Shown piece by piece: positions 1 through 9,494 of a stretch of DNA of 64,000 nucleotides. The stretch covers positions 64,001-128,000 of the forward strand of contig JAFGAR010000040.1 of NCBI GenBank assembly GCA_016933575.1, in the 5' to 3' direction. Positions within the stretch are counted from its first letter, which is position 1, and every line of letters begins with the position of its first letter. Origin of the DNA: Candidatus Thorarchaeota archaeon (GTDB lineage Archaea; Asgardarchaeota; Thorarchaeia; Thorarchaeales; Thorarchaeaceae). Below the pieces are notes generated by a model. It had not been told where the DNA came from, ran no database searches, and worked only from the letters and a program-made list of their open reading frames with translations. Position numbers and translations under genes: made by a program.

Positions 1-1
1 A

Positions 2-190
2 TCCTTGACATCGCTGGCTGATTTAGTTTCTCGTCGTTCTGAAGTCCCTTACAGCACCGTGAAATGGAATCTACGCTCTCTAAAAGAGATGGGTCTGTTA
101 ACTGGTGGGGATATGAGTTGCAAGGGAGAACACGCTCGTCTAACGCATGCGGCTCAGATGTTAGCGGATCATCTGGAGAAAGAGTATTAG
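2..190 (+). CDS. C-terminal part of a winged-helix DNA-binding protein (runs off the window's left edge)
   Basis: SLADLVSRRSEVPYSTVKWNLRSLKEMGLL has an HTH pattern followed by a wing; frame open to the window start. Confidence 0.6.
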   Translation, partial: SLTSLADLVSRRSEVPYSTVKWNLRSLKEMGLLTGGDMSCKGEHARLTHAAQMLADHLEKEY

Positions 191-193
191 AAC

Positions 194-221
194 AAAGGGG
201 CTTCTTCAGCCCCCTTTTTTT
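194..221. terminator. Probable bidirectional hairpin terminator
   Basis: AAAGGGGCT-tcttc-AGCCCCCTTTTTTT between convergent genes. Confidence 0.7.
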
Positions 222-261
222 GATTAGGATATTCGAAAGAAGAGTAAGGGTGCTTCCCTGT

Positions 262-299
262 CTCAACCGATACTGCTTTGCTTTACGTACCGATATCAT
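262..299 (-). promoter_or_regulatory. Eukaryote/Asgard-type SECIS element overlapping the stop codon of the selenoprotein gene
   Basis: Minus strand AUGA-U-AUCGGUAC-GU-AAA-GC-AAA-GC-A-GUAUCGGU-UGAG: AUGA/GA core, 8-bp helix (includes G-U pairs), apical AAA and a mini-stem. Confidence 0.8.
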
Positions 300-1102
300 T
301 GAATCTTTTTATCGAACATCTCCAAGCCTTTTTGTGCAAGAGCTTTCGCCTCTTCAGGATTGGTCGCAGCTGCAAGAACGACATCCACAGTCTTGTGTTC
401 TCCAGAATCATAGGATCCAAGATTCCATTGAAGCGCTGTGGCAATGTCTCTTGGTCCAAGCTCGAGGTTCTTACTTAGGTCGCGGTTTTCTTCATCGATT
501 CTGAGTTTTGTGGGACTGCCAATTTCCCACGCATCAGCCTTCGGATTTGAAACCATAACCACACATAGCGGGTTGTCGTCGTAGGCAGCCATAATTCCAG
601 ACACTGGATCATAGGTGCCGACATCATCCTTATAGCTGGTTGGTCCACCAACATCGAAGTCCATGAAATTGTAGAGTTTCAAGTCCTCAATGGTGGAACT
701 GTTCGATAGGTTTGTCGTTTTGAAACGTACCAGCAATATCGGTGTGTTATAGCTCCACACCTCGAGATCAAATCGTGCCATGGGTGGTTGTCCTTCTACT
801 GGAGAATGATCCAGAACAACGTGTAGTCTTCCATCCTGCGCATCTTCAGTTACTACGGAGATTGTGGCAATTTCAGTAGAGCTTACTCTGTGAACAATAC
901 CGTCCACAATGTACGTGAGCGAAAATCCACCTTTGTAATCTGCAGGATTTCGTAGTAGTAGTCGTTCTTTCCCACTAGCATCGATCAGACTGAGGCGCTT
1001 GATGTAGAAACCTAGGCGACCTTTTCCTCAGGATGAACACTCGACAGCGTATGCGATATCCAACCTCGGACTGCGATTGCCCGTTTCAAGGATTTCAGAC
1101 AT
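296..1102 (-). CDS. Putative selenoprotein (268 aa, Sec25 in a CSSU motif) with a C-terminal beta-sandwich-like domain of unknown function
   Basis: ATG at 1102 with SD-like GTGAT is in frame with ORF 296..907; only one TGA interrupts it (1030-1028): MSEILETGNRSPRLDIAYAVECSS*GKGRLGFYIKRLSLID...; SECIS at the 3' end. Confidence 0.82.
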
Positions 1103-1260
1103 GACCGATCACTTTACCAATGCTATTGCTGCTGACTCGCTCTTTTGATATAAACCTCAGGATATATCCTAGTTTATTCACAAATTGGATAATTCCTCAT
1201 GATTCATAAAGTTGATAAACAGCATAAGACAAATCGGTTTTGTTTTTGGTAGGTAATTCC

Positions 1261-2493
1261 ATGACTAATCTCACAGTTGAACAATTGCAGAAATGGTATC
1301 GTAAACAGGTCCAGAAGAAATCTAGTGATTTCCTTAAACAGGCTGAAAAAAGTTACAAGATTGTCGAAAGGGCTCTCAAAGATATAGAGGAGTTAGTCAA
1401 GGCTTTTGCTGTTGAAGATGAGGATGATCCAGAATCAAGTGGCATAGCTGCACGATTTGCGTTCAAAGTCAAGGAAATGATTGATAATTTCTATGTTGAT
1501 AAAGAGATTTCTTATGAGAGCACAAAAGCAATGCAGAGTGAGATCCAGAAATTTATCCAGGAGTTGTGGGGTGCAGGTGCTCGTTGGATTCGTAAGATGG
1601 ACAAACGCCACAAGGCAACGATAAAATCAATAGACGTTGCTATGAAAGATCTTGCCAAGGAAATGAACAGGATTGGAAAACTTCTCTACGACTTTGCATG
1701 GGTTGATGATTTAGAGCGAATTGGTAATCGTATTGACACCCTTCATGACCTTACATTCAGCAAAGATGTTTTTGAGGAGCAGATCAAGACTGTTAGATTA
1801 AAGATTGACACTGCCACTAACGAATACAAAACTGCAAAAGAGAATTACGACAAGTTCACTGAAACATCAAATGTCGCAGAGCTACTGAGTCTTGATGAGC
1901 AGGCTGAGCATGTGTCCACACTACTCAGAATGAAGCTCAACCCATTAAAGAAGCAAGTGAAGAAGTTTCAACAAGTCGATACCGGCGTTCGTGTAAGTCC
2001 TGCTGGACAGATAGCACTGAATAATTATTTTGATGATCCATATACAGCAATTGTTGCTGAACCCGTTGGATATCCTGCCCTTCTCGAAGGATTTCAAGGC
2101 CTTGCAGAAGCGATTGAGAACGACAAATTATCCCTTAAGGACAGACTAGCTCGACGTGCTATTGAAGAAATTGAGGCTATACGTAAAGGTGGACTACAAA
2201 AGCTACAGAATCAAGCCAAGGATATAGAAGACAAACGACATACCTATACTGGTTCTGATATCTATGCTCAGAGTCAAAAACTAGAAACATCTCTAAAAGA
2301 AGCTGAAAAGAATCTCGAATATCATCGAAACGACCTACTCAGGATAAAAGATGATATTTCCCGCCAGATCGACAAAGTGAAGGAATTTAAAACAAGAATT
2401 GAGTCCGAGATACTTCAATCCTTTAACGAGAAGGTAACAATCGAACTTGAGGTGTCTCTCGAACCTTTGCTTGCAATGTGTACTATTGAATAA
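1261..2493 (+). CDS. Alpha-helical/coiled-coil hypothetical protein
   Basis: Long K/E-rich ORF with heptad patterns; ATG at 1261 follows GGTAGGT. Confidence 0.75.
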   Translation: MTNLTVEQLQKWYRKQVQKKSSDFLKQAEKSYKIVERALKDIEELVKAFAVEDEDDPESSGIAARFAFKVKEMIDNFYVDKEISYESTKAMQSEIQKFIQELWGAGARWIRKMDKRHKATIKSIDVAMKDLAKEMNRIGKLLYDFAWVDDLERIGNRIDTLHDLTFSKDVFEEQIKTVRLKIDTATNEYKTAKENYDKFTETSNVAELLSLDEQAEHVSTLLRMKLNPLKKQVKKFQQVDTGVRVSPAGQIALNNYFDDPYTAIVAEPVGYPALLEGFQGLAEAIENDKLSLKDRLARRAIEEIEAIRKGGLQKLQNQAKDIEDKRHTYTGSDIYAQSQKLETSLKEAEKNLEYHRNDLLRIKDDISRQIDKVKEFKTRIESEILQSFNEKVTIELEVSLEPLLAMCTIE

Positions 2494-2509
2494 ATGAAGG
2501 CTGGATATA

Positions 2510-3334
2510 TTGCGTGTCTTAGTCACATCTGAGAAGGATATCGCAAGTCAAACCATCAAGCACGTTCTTGTCGAAGAATATGGATTCAAACCTAGTGAAA
2601 GAAGCTTCGAAGGCAATCCAATCTTTAGTTATGATGATTCTACAATCCTAATAACAACCCAACGTGACATGATCTACTGTGACCATCTTGAGGTCTTCTT
2701 TGATGCTGATGTTTTCATCTTTTGTTCTCGGCATAGAGCTGAGTCTGCTAAGCCTGCTCTGCTGGTTCACAGCACGGGTAATCTCGGATCAGAAGCCTCC
2801 TTTGGTGGTAATCCTAATGAGGTATCTGTTTCTGCACCTTCTTTGGTTTCTGCAGCTTTAAAGCGTCTATTCAAAGAGAGAAACGATCGAAACCTCGATG
2901 AATTTGATGTTTCTCTTGAGGTCACGCATCATGGACCTACATCTATGAAAACGCCTCTTGTTTTTGTAGAACTTGGTAGTACCGAGGAATATTGGGTACA
3001 CACTGAAGGTGCTAGAGCGGTTGCTGCTGCTATCATGGATTGTGTCCGTACGCCTCTCTTATCAACTACTGCAATAGGTTTTGGTGGGACTCATTATGCT
3101 AGTAAGTTCAACAAGCTCGTCTTGGAAAAGGATTACAATTTTGGGCACATTGCTCCTAAGTATGCTATAGATGGTTTGACTCATGATGTAGTACGACAAA
3201 TGGCCACAAGAACCACCTCTGAATCTAAAATCGCGATTATCGATTGGAAAGGCATGAATGCTGAGAACAAAGCCAATGTTTTTCCTTTACTTGAGGAGCT
3301 TGGACTTGAAATAATCCGTGATAAAGACGCATAA
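2510..3334 (+). CDS. dtdA: D-aminoacyl-tRNA deacylase (archaeal DTD2/GEK1 type)
   Basis: SRH, VHSTGN, EVTHHGP, FVELGS, GFGGTHY motifs. Confidence 0.92.
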   Translation: MRVLVTSEKDIASQTIKHVLVEEYGFKPSERSFEGNPIFSYDDSTILITTQRDMIYCDHLEVFFDADVFIFCSRHRAESAKPALLVHSTGNLGSEASFGGNPNEVSVSAPSLVSAALKRLFKERNDRNLDEFDVSLEVTHHGPTSMKTPLVFVELGSTEEYWVHTEGARAVAAAIMDCVRTPLLSTTAIGFGGTHYASKFNKLVLEKDYNFGHIAPKYAIDGLTHDVVRQMATRTTSESKIAIIDWKGMNAENKANVFPLLEELGLEIIRDKDA

Positions 3335-3456
3335 TACTGTTAATGCATTGCTTGTAAACACTCTCTGGCATAGTAATATCCCGTTTACTACATTCCCGAA
3401 AGGCTAATTACTCTAATTGAACAAAACGCGATTACTGTCTTAGGGCTGGGGATAGT

Positions 3457-4548
3457 ATGGCCTCTAAAGAAATTGAAACTGCAATCGATGAGCTGACTGA
3501 AAAAGTAGACAAGCTGACTGATGAGTTAGCGAGTTTACGTGAGGAACTTGAAGTCCTTAAATCCCTTCCAAGTGTGATTGATAAAGTCGATTCCATTGAA
3601 TCTGAATTGAAAGAAGTTCAATCCACAATCTCTCCTATGACTAAAATGGATGATCTGATTTCTTCTATTGAATCACTAAATGAGGATATGTCAAGTGTAA
3701 AGGATTCCAAGGAATTAGAGAAATTGGGTAAGAAACTTGCGGATCTTATCAAAACAGTTGAGAGTGTTGATTCAAATATAGAGGGAGTAAAAAGTTCTCA
3801 GGGATTAGAACTTGTTGATAGTAAAATGGATGACATTATCTCTTCAGTCAAGAATGTTGATGAATCAATGAAGCAGATTCTAGATTCTAAAGAATCTGAA
3901 GTAATCATAAAGAAGGTTGATGATATACTAATAGTGTTGTCAGAAACTGAAGTGATTAGCAAGAAATTAGATGATCTTCAAGGATATGTTGCGAATCTCT
4001 CGGGAATTGAGGAAAGGGTTCAAGACCTCTCAAACCAATTTGAAGAAACAAATGAGATCGTCGGTATTATTGTTAGACAACTTGATGATATCGAGCGGAA
4101 GTATAATCTTTCCATTGACAAGATTTCTGAAACAGCTGAACTCGTAGAAAAAATCGCCATGGGTAGTACTACTGAACAGACCTCTTCTAAATCCCCAGGA
4201 AAGAAACCTTCCAAGGAGATAGAAGATGAGGAAGAAAAGGATAAACCAAAACCAGTATCAAAAGTCAACCTCCCGTCAACCATTGATGCACTCATGGAGA
4301 GATTACTCGGACTGGTTAATCCTCACACTGAAGCCAAACAAATGGCCGAGGCCTTGGAAGACGTACGTGATCAATTAACAACTATGATACAGGGACACAC
4401 ACCTGTCCTCTTCCAGTTTGGAAAGAAAGCTAGGGAACTGAAGTCTTACCCACCCACTGCTACACTAAATGAAAATGACATTGCAATTCTGAATAAAGAC
4501 ATCAAATCTTGGGCAAGTAAACTGAAAGAGATTGCTCGGGAGTCATAA
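3457..4548 (+). CDS. Coiled-coil protein with 30-aa repeats and a C-terminal helical domain
   Basis: Heptads; three KxDDxISS-like 30-aa repeats; C-terminal domain resembles that of 47860..48762. Confidence 0.75.
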   Translation: MASKEIETAIDELTEKVDKLTDELASLREELEVLKSLPSVIDKVDSIESELKEVQSTISPMTKMDDLISSIESLNEDMSSVKDSKELEKLGKKLADLIKTVESVDSNIEGVKSSQGLELVDSKMDDIISSVKNVDESMKQILDSKESEVIIKKVDDILIVLSETEVISKKLDDLQGYVANLSGIEERVQDLSNQFEETNEIVGIIVRQLDDIERKYNLSIDKISETAELVEKIAMGSTTEQTSSKSPGKKPSKEIEDEEEKDKPKPVSKVNLPSTIDALMERLLGLVNPHTEAKQMAEALEDVRDQLTTMIQGHTPVLFQFGKKARELKSYPPTATLNENDIAILNKDIKSWASKLKEIARES

Positions 4549-4742
4549 TCTTCAGTGTACTCATTCATAATATTGATTGATCCATGAGATTATTCAATAA
4601 CACCACACATTCGGGTGGCATAGGTTTATCTCGTTAGTTCACAAATGCGCAATTAGATTTGCCTTGGGTGATAACTTTTCACCACGGATTTGTATATTTA
4701 ACAATCCGTTTCTTTCATCAAGTGCAATAGGTGTGAAATGTC

Positions 4743-5543
4743 ATGGAACTGGTAAAACACAACGATGAACTTCAAAGGAGAATCGAATTGCTCGATGTAA
4801 CTGCCGATTTACAACTAGCTAAAGAACTGATGGAACTACATCAAGCGAAATGTGCAGCATGTCAGGAAGATCGATTGCGATGTGCTACACGTCCTGCTTG
4901 TAAGGATCGCAATTTTCTCAATGCCCTTATCGAAATCGGTGTTGAAGTCATTGATTTGCCAGATTTCTGTTATAGTCAAAATGTCGAACAGATACGTCGT
5001 CTTGTCCTAGAGAAGAAAGGACGGAGGATGATTGACCGTAGGCTTCCAATCAAAGACCTTCTACAATCTCTCGGGGTTAGCTCAATTAGACATTTCACAA
5101 CAAAGTACAAGAAAGAATGGGATAATTTTGCTTCGGTACACGAGGGAAACCTCATGCTAGTGACAGGAGATGGTCTCCTTTTCCGCTTTGATTTCACTCG
5201 TGGAATAGTTACAGTAAATCCATCGAAGGACAGAATCCGCTCCTACAATATATTCAAACTTTACTGCGATCTATTTTCTGAAAGATATCAAGTGAATATG
5301 ACTGTCAAGGATGTTACACAGAACTGGTGGATTCTTTCCCTAACAGTTGATGATTCTGATGCAGCAGCAGTAAAAGCACTGCAAAAAGGTGATTTGGCTG
5401 AATCTTTCGACGCCATTTACCGGACTGAATCCGAAGGAAAAGTCCAGATTCAAGTTGAAGTTCTACTAGATACTGATGCTAAATATCTGGAATCTGAAGA
5501 CCTTAGCGAACTATTTGTCAAAGCATCAAAACTCTGCAAGTAA
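4743..5543 (+). CDS. Hypothetical protein with an N-terminal Cys cluster (CxxC-x6-C-x5-C), possibly metal-binding
   Basis: CAACQEDRLRCATRPAC; SD GGTGTG. Confidence 0.7.
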   Translation: MELVKHNDELQRRIELLDVTADLQLAKELMELHQAKCAACQEDRLRCATRPACKDRNFLNALIEIGVEVIDLPDFCYSQNVEQIRRLVLEKKGRRMIDRRLPIKDLLQSLGVSSIRHFTTKYKKEWDNFASVHEGNLMLVTGDGLLFRFDFTRGIVTVNPSKDRIRSYNIFKLYCDLFSERYQVNMTVKDVTQNWWILSLTVDDSDAAAVKALQKGDLAESFDAIYRTESEGKVQIQVEVLLDTDAKYLESEDLSELFVKASKLCK

Positions 5544-5600
5544 ATGTTGCAATGAATATCAGATAGTTCGAAAAACCACAGATATGGTGGGATGCACATA

Positions 5601-8600
5601 ATGAGTGATGACACATTAAGTAAATCAATGCCGGTGCTCCGGCAGAGTCTTGGCCTCACAGAGGCTGAGGCAACAACAATCGTACCAATCTACTTGGGTG
5701 GTAATATGACAGCTGGAGGCGTATCTCTCCTGACAGGCGAGAAACTAACCACTGTCACTAAGACCCTGAGTCGTCTTGTTGAGAAAGGATTGGTCAAGGA
5801 AATTCCTGGAATTGTACCAGTATATCGCGCTTTGGCTCCAAGCCTTGCTCTATCAGGTACTTTGAGTGAATCTCTAAAGGAAGTAACAAGCCTTGTTAAT
5901 GAATCCGAAAAGATTCTATTAACCCGGATAACCCAAACTGATGAAGCTATCGAAAAGACAATTGATTCACAGAATAAGACCATCAATGAAATTAGGACTT
6001 CTCTTACTTCTTATGAAGAAAACATCCTTAATCTTGTAAAGAGTCAGATCGAACAGGTTGTATCAACAACAACAAACACAATGACGAGTTTCTCTGATGA
6101 GATTGAGCAGGCAATGATTGGACTGGATACCATCTTAGATGAAAATCTAGGCTCCAAATTGCTAGAGCTTCAAGGAGAAATCGACAAGGCACAACTAGCC
6201 TTAGAGAAAGATATGAAGACTACTGTTCGAGATTTCGATAAATGGTTGAAACCTGAGAGAAAGAGCACATTTAACTCGATAACTGAATTCGGGACTAAAT
6301 CTGGCTCAATTGTCGCGTCTGCGAAGGCTACTGTAACAAAAGCGCTCTCAAAGTCTTCTGAGTCGATTCATGCTCTAGCGCGTGATATATCTGAGCATCT
6401 CACATCCTTAGCATCAACAGCTTCTGATGAAGGTCTCGCAGTACTCAATGAAGTCTCAAAGGAAATCTCTCAATTATTGAATAATCTCGATGGTGAATTA
6501 AGTCAAGCTTACCTGACAGGGCAGGAGTCACTCAAGGAAGTCATCACTCAAGCACGATCTATTTCAAAGGAATATGGTGAGTTTGCTAAGAACCGAATTG
6601 GCGACGCTGTAGAGATTGCAGACTCTGTATGCAACGTTGTAGAAGATTGGAAAAATGAGGTTTCTGGATTTATGGAGGTTGCATCCCAGTCCGTAACATC
6701 CCAACTCAACCAAGTTGCATCAACTGATGCCAAATATCTTGAAGCGACAAAGACTGCACTTACCCTACATATTGACAAAGTCAATGGCGTATTAAGTGAT
6801 GAATATGGACAACTCATCTCTCTTACAACAGTACTTGGGAACGAGTGTGAGAACTCTCTTGCTGAAAATCGTACATTAGTACTCGAACTTCTTCAGGCTC
6901 AAATTGATAGTGAGCAAACATCATGTGAATCTGCTCAGACGCAACTTGATTCTGCATTGAATCAATGGGTGGGTGATACTGTTGTGTTGATTGAGAAGAG
7001 ATTGAAGGAGACATCAGCTGATGTGTCTAGTATCTTAGGTACTGAAATTTCTGAATTGAATTCTATCTCGGATACTATGAATAGTCGACTGAAATCTGCC
7101 TTCAATTCGGTCATTAAAAGCACATCTACTAAGAATGAGTCTCTAATTACATCCTTAAAACAGACAACCCATGACTTTGAAGCAAATATTGGTTCAAGAC
7201 TTGAGGAACTAATCTCCAGTTTCACAACCGCAACAGAAAATCAGGTCAGAGAGTCGAAGGAGCTATATGAGGGACTGAGAAATAGACTTGATCAACGCAT
7301 GTCACAAAGTGTGAATGCAATCAGTACACAGTCAGAACGCATTCAGAAAGAGATTGGCAATATCATCACAGAGCAAAACGATCGAATAGAACAACATACT
7401 CTGGTCATAAGAAACGAATTTCATTCACGTCTTGAGGAGATCACTACGCAGTTCATAAGTCTCACGCAAGGTCTCGAAGCCACTTTCAATGGATTACTCT
7501 CAGCACAGACAGTCGAAGCACGTGATATCATTGCATCTGCACATTCAGAATTTCGTAACTCATTGAAAAACGAGGTTGCACACCTCAAAGATGATTCTGT
7601 GAAGTTACAACAAGAATATTCAGCTGAACTTGTTCTTAAAGTTGAAGAGGTCGCTTCCTCAGTTTCCTCTGCTAAGAAGACTCTAGAAGAATTATTAGTT
7701 GATAAACGGACAGAGATTTCAGAGAATATGCAGAAGACCCTTACAGATCTTGAGTCTATTATCCGCAGTACTGAAGAGAGTCTGCGTGATATAGAATCAG
7801 GTACTGTTAAGCAGTTCATTGAAAACATGGAACAAGTATCCCAAGAGTTCAATGTAACTGTTGAGGGAGCGAGTGCAAACATCTCAGAACGTCTGGACAA
7901 TATCCGTGCACTGACTGCTTCGTCTCTTGAGAAAAGTGTAATTAATGCAAAGAAGATAGCTGACGAGTTCGTTCAAGAACAGAAGAATCAGAAACAACGA
8001 TTCCTCGCTGATACTAGTAAAAAGATGAACCGGTTATCTACCAAGAGCGTTAAAGATTCTGCAGGAAAGATTGAAGCATTTCAGACTGAACTTTCTGAAC
8101 GTCAGACAATTGGTGTCAAAGATCGAAGTACAGCAAAGGAGGATGTTCTAGCTGCTGTTGAAACAAGACGTGCTGAAGTGGCCAATGCGTTTGATGCTGC
8201 AGCGACATGGGTCGATTCATCGGTAGCGAATGTAGCAACTTCTCTTGATGCTTTTGGTACTAAGTTGAAGAATGAACTTACCATCATGCAGAAAGGATTG
8301 CAGAAATCAGCTAACGAAGCATCCACAGCCATAGAGGAACGCGGCGATTCAGATATGGATATCTTTGAAGAAATGGTGATTACTCTGCTTCAGAATGCCG
8401 AATCACTCGTAACTGCACGACTAAACGATTTCGGTGATAGTGCTGCTGATGCATTATCCGAAAGTAACGATTCATTTACATCGCTACCAACAAAGATTGG
8501 AGACGATTTAGCTAAATTGGAATCATTAATCTCTGAAAAGACATCGAAGGATTACAGTTCCATTTCTGGTGACTTAGCAACATCCTTCACCGAGTTTATC

Positions 8601-9494
8601 AGAAATGCTGAATCTGCATCTGAGGACTTGAAACAACTAGTTGAGAACATCTCAGTCAATATCACAGAGAAACGTGATGAAATAGTAGAACAGGCAAAAA
8701 GAAATGCAGAACTATCGAATCAACATGCGTCTCGCAAGTTCGAATCAATCGGTTTAGAGTTGAAGACCCAACTCAGCACAGATACGTCTCGGCTCCTTGA
8801 GAATGCTAGGTCTACATTTTCTGCAAAGAACCTTGAGATTAATGATACAGTTACAAAGGTGACGAACACAATCAATGAGGAAACCTCTAGTTTCAAACAG
8901 AAACGAACTGAGGCTTTATCTCAATTTGGCGAGCAGAGCGAGAAAGCACTCAAACGTTGGTCTAGTGAACAAAAAGACCAGATGAATGCACTGAAGACTA
9001 AGATTCTTGAAACAATTAATGGCGTCACAGAGCAGACTCAATCAACAATCAGTATGTTGGATGCTATCCACAGTATCACTGATTCTATGATCCGAGAACC
9101 TTCGAAGAGAACATGGTATCTCTCAGGCACTGAGGAAATCTATGCTCACATAGTGGACATGGCAAATAGAGCTGAGGAATCTATTGTCATCTCACTTATT
9201 GACATTGCATCTATCGACCTCAAGAAGCTTGGTAAGGTGAAACAAGCAAAGCGTCGCGTGCTAATTGTTCCTGAAAGTGAAGACCCTGATCCTGCTCTCG
9301 AAACATTGGATGGTTGGCGAATATGGCAAACTAAGAATCCAATGCTCTTATCAATTGCAGATGATAAAGAGCTCTTAGTAGGCGGTGCAACTGACTCAAA
9401 GGACCTAGTAGCTCTGATATCTGAACATGATACATATCTTCGTCTATACCATGATGTTATAGGCCCTCGTTTGGTCAAGAGTAGAGTGACTTGA
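5601..9494 (+). CDS. Giant TrmB-like protein: N-terminal wHTH, about 1050-aa amphipathic helical rod, C-terminal TrmB/PLD-like domain
   Basis: LGLTEAEA..IY...TAGGVS...L.RLVEKGLV...P.VYRALAP (TrmB wHTH); C-terminal G.EEIYAHIVDMANRAEESIVIS...ADDKELL. Confidence 0.75.
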   Translation: MSDDTLSKSMPVLRQSLGLTEAEATTIVPIYLGGNMTAGGVSLLTGEKLTTVTKTLSRLVEKGLVKEIPGIVPVYRALAPSLALSGTLSESLKEVTSLVNESEKILLTRITQTDEAIEKTIDSQNKTINEIRTSLTSYEENILNLVKSQIEQVVSTTTNTMTSFSDEIEQAMIGLDTILDENLGSKLLELQGEIDKAQLALEKDMKTTVRDFDKWLKPERKSTFNSITEFGTKSGSIVASAKATVTKALSKSSESIHALARDISEHLTSLASTASDEGLAVLNEVSKEISQLLNNLDGELSQAYLTGQESLKEVITQARSISKEYGEFAKNRIGDAVEIADSVCNVVEDWKNEVSGFMEVASQSVTSQLNQVASTDAKYLEATKTALTLHIDKVNGVLSDEYGQLISLTTVLGNECENSLAENRTLVLELLQAQIDSEQTSCESAQTQLDSALNQWVGDTVVLIEKRLKETSADVSSILGTEISELNSISDTMNSRLKSAFNSVIKSTSTKNESLITSLKQTTHDFEANIGSRLEELISSFTTATENQVRESKELYEGLRNRLDQRMSQSVNAISTQSERIQKEIGNIITEQNDRIEQHTLVIRNEFHSRLEEITTQFISLTQGLEATFNGLLSAQTVEARDIIASAHSEFRNSLKNEVAHLKDDSVKLQQEYSAELVLKVEEVASSVSSAKKTLEELLVDKRTEISENMQKTLTDLESIIRSTEESLRDIESGTVKQFIENMEQVSQEFNVTVEGASANISERLDNIRALTASSLEKSVINAKKIADEFVQEQKNQKQRFLADTSKKMNRLSTKSVKDSAGKIEAFQTELSERQTIGVKDRSTAKEDVLAAVETRRAEVANAFDAAATWVDSSVANVATSLDAFGTKLKNELTIMQKGLQKSANEASTAIEERGDSDMDIFEEMVITLLQNAESLVTARLNDFGDSAADALSESNDSFTSLPTKIGDDLAKLESLISEKTSKDYSSISGDLATSFTEFIRNAESASEDLKQLVENISVNITEKRDEIVEQAKRNAELSNQHASRKFESIGLELKTQLSTDTSRLLENARSTFSAKNLEINDTVTKVTNTINEETSSFKQKRTEALSQFGEQSEKALKRWSSEQKDQMNALKTKILETINGVTEQTQSTISMLDAIHSITDSMIREPSKRTWYLSGTEEIYAHIVDMANRAEESIVISLIDIASIDLKKLGKVKQAKRRVLIVPESEDPDPALETLDGWRIWQTKNPMLLSIADDKELLVGGATDSKDLVALISEHDTYLRLYHDVIGPRLVKSRVT

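Noticed and set aside
224-298. Readthrough of the terminal TGA as a second Sec
   Set aside because: That TGA is inside the SECIS core, and the extension is short, hits another TGA and is not protein-like
64-504. 146-aa plus-strand ORF
   Set aside because: Overlaps two better genes, a terminator and the SECIS; no recognisable motifs
296-907. ORF-track 203-aa version of the gene, or a nonsense pseudogene
   Set aside because: The upstream frame is open to an SD-preceded ATG; the single TGA sits in CxxU and a SECIS is present, so Sec recoding explains it better
991-1030. Hairpin next to the Sec codon (TGAGG...CCTCA) as a bacterial-type SECIS or recoding element
   Set aside because: Only about 5 bp of clear pairing; cannot be supported without folding or covariation data
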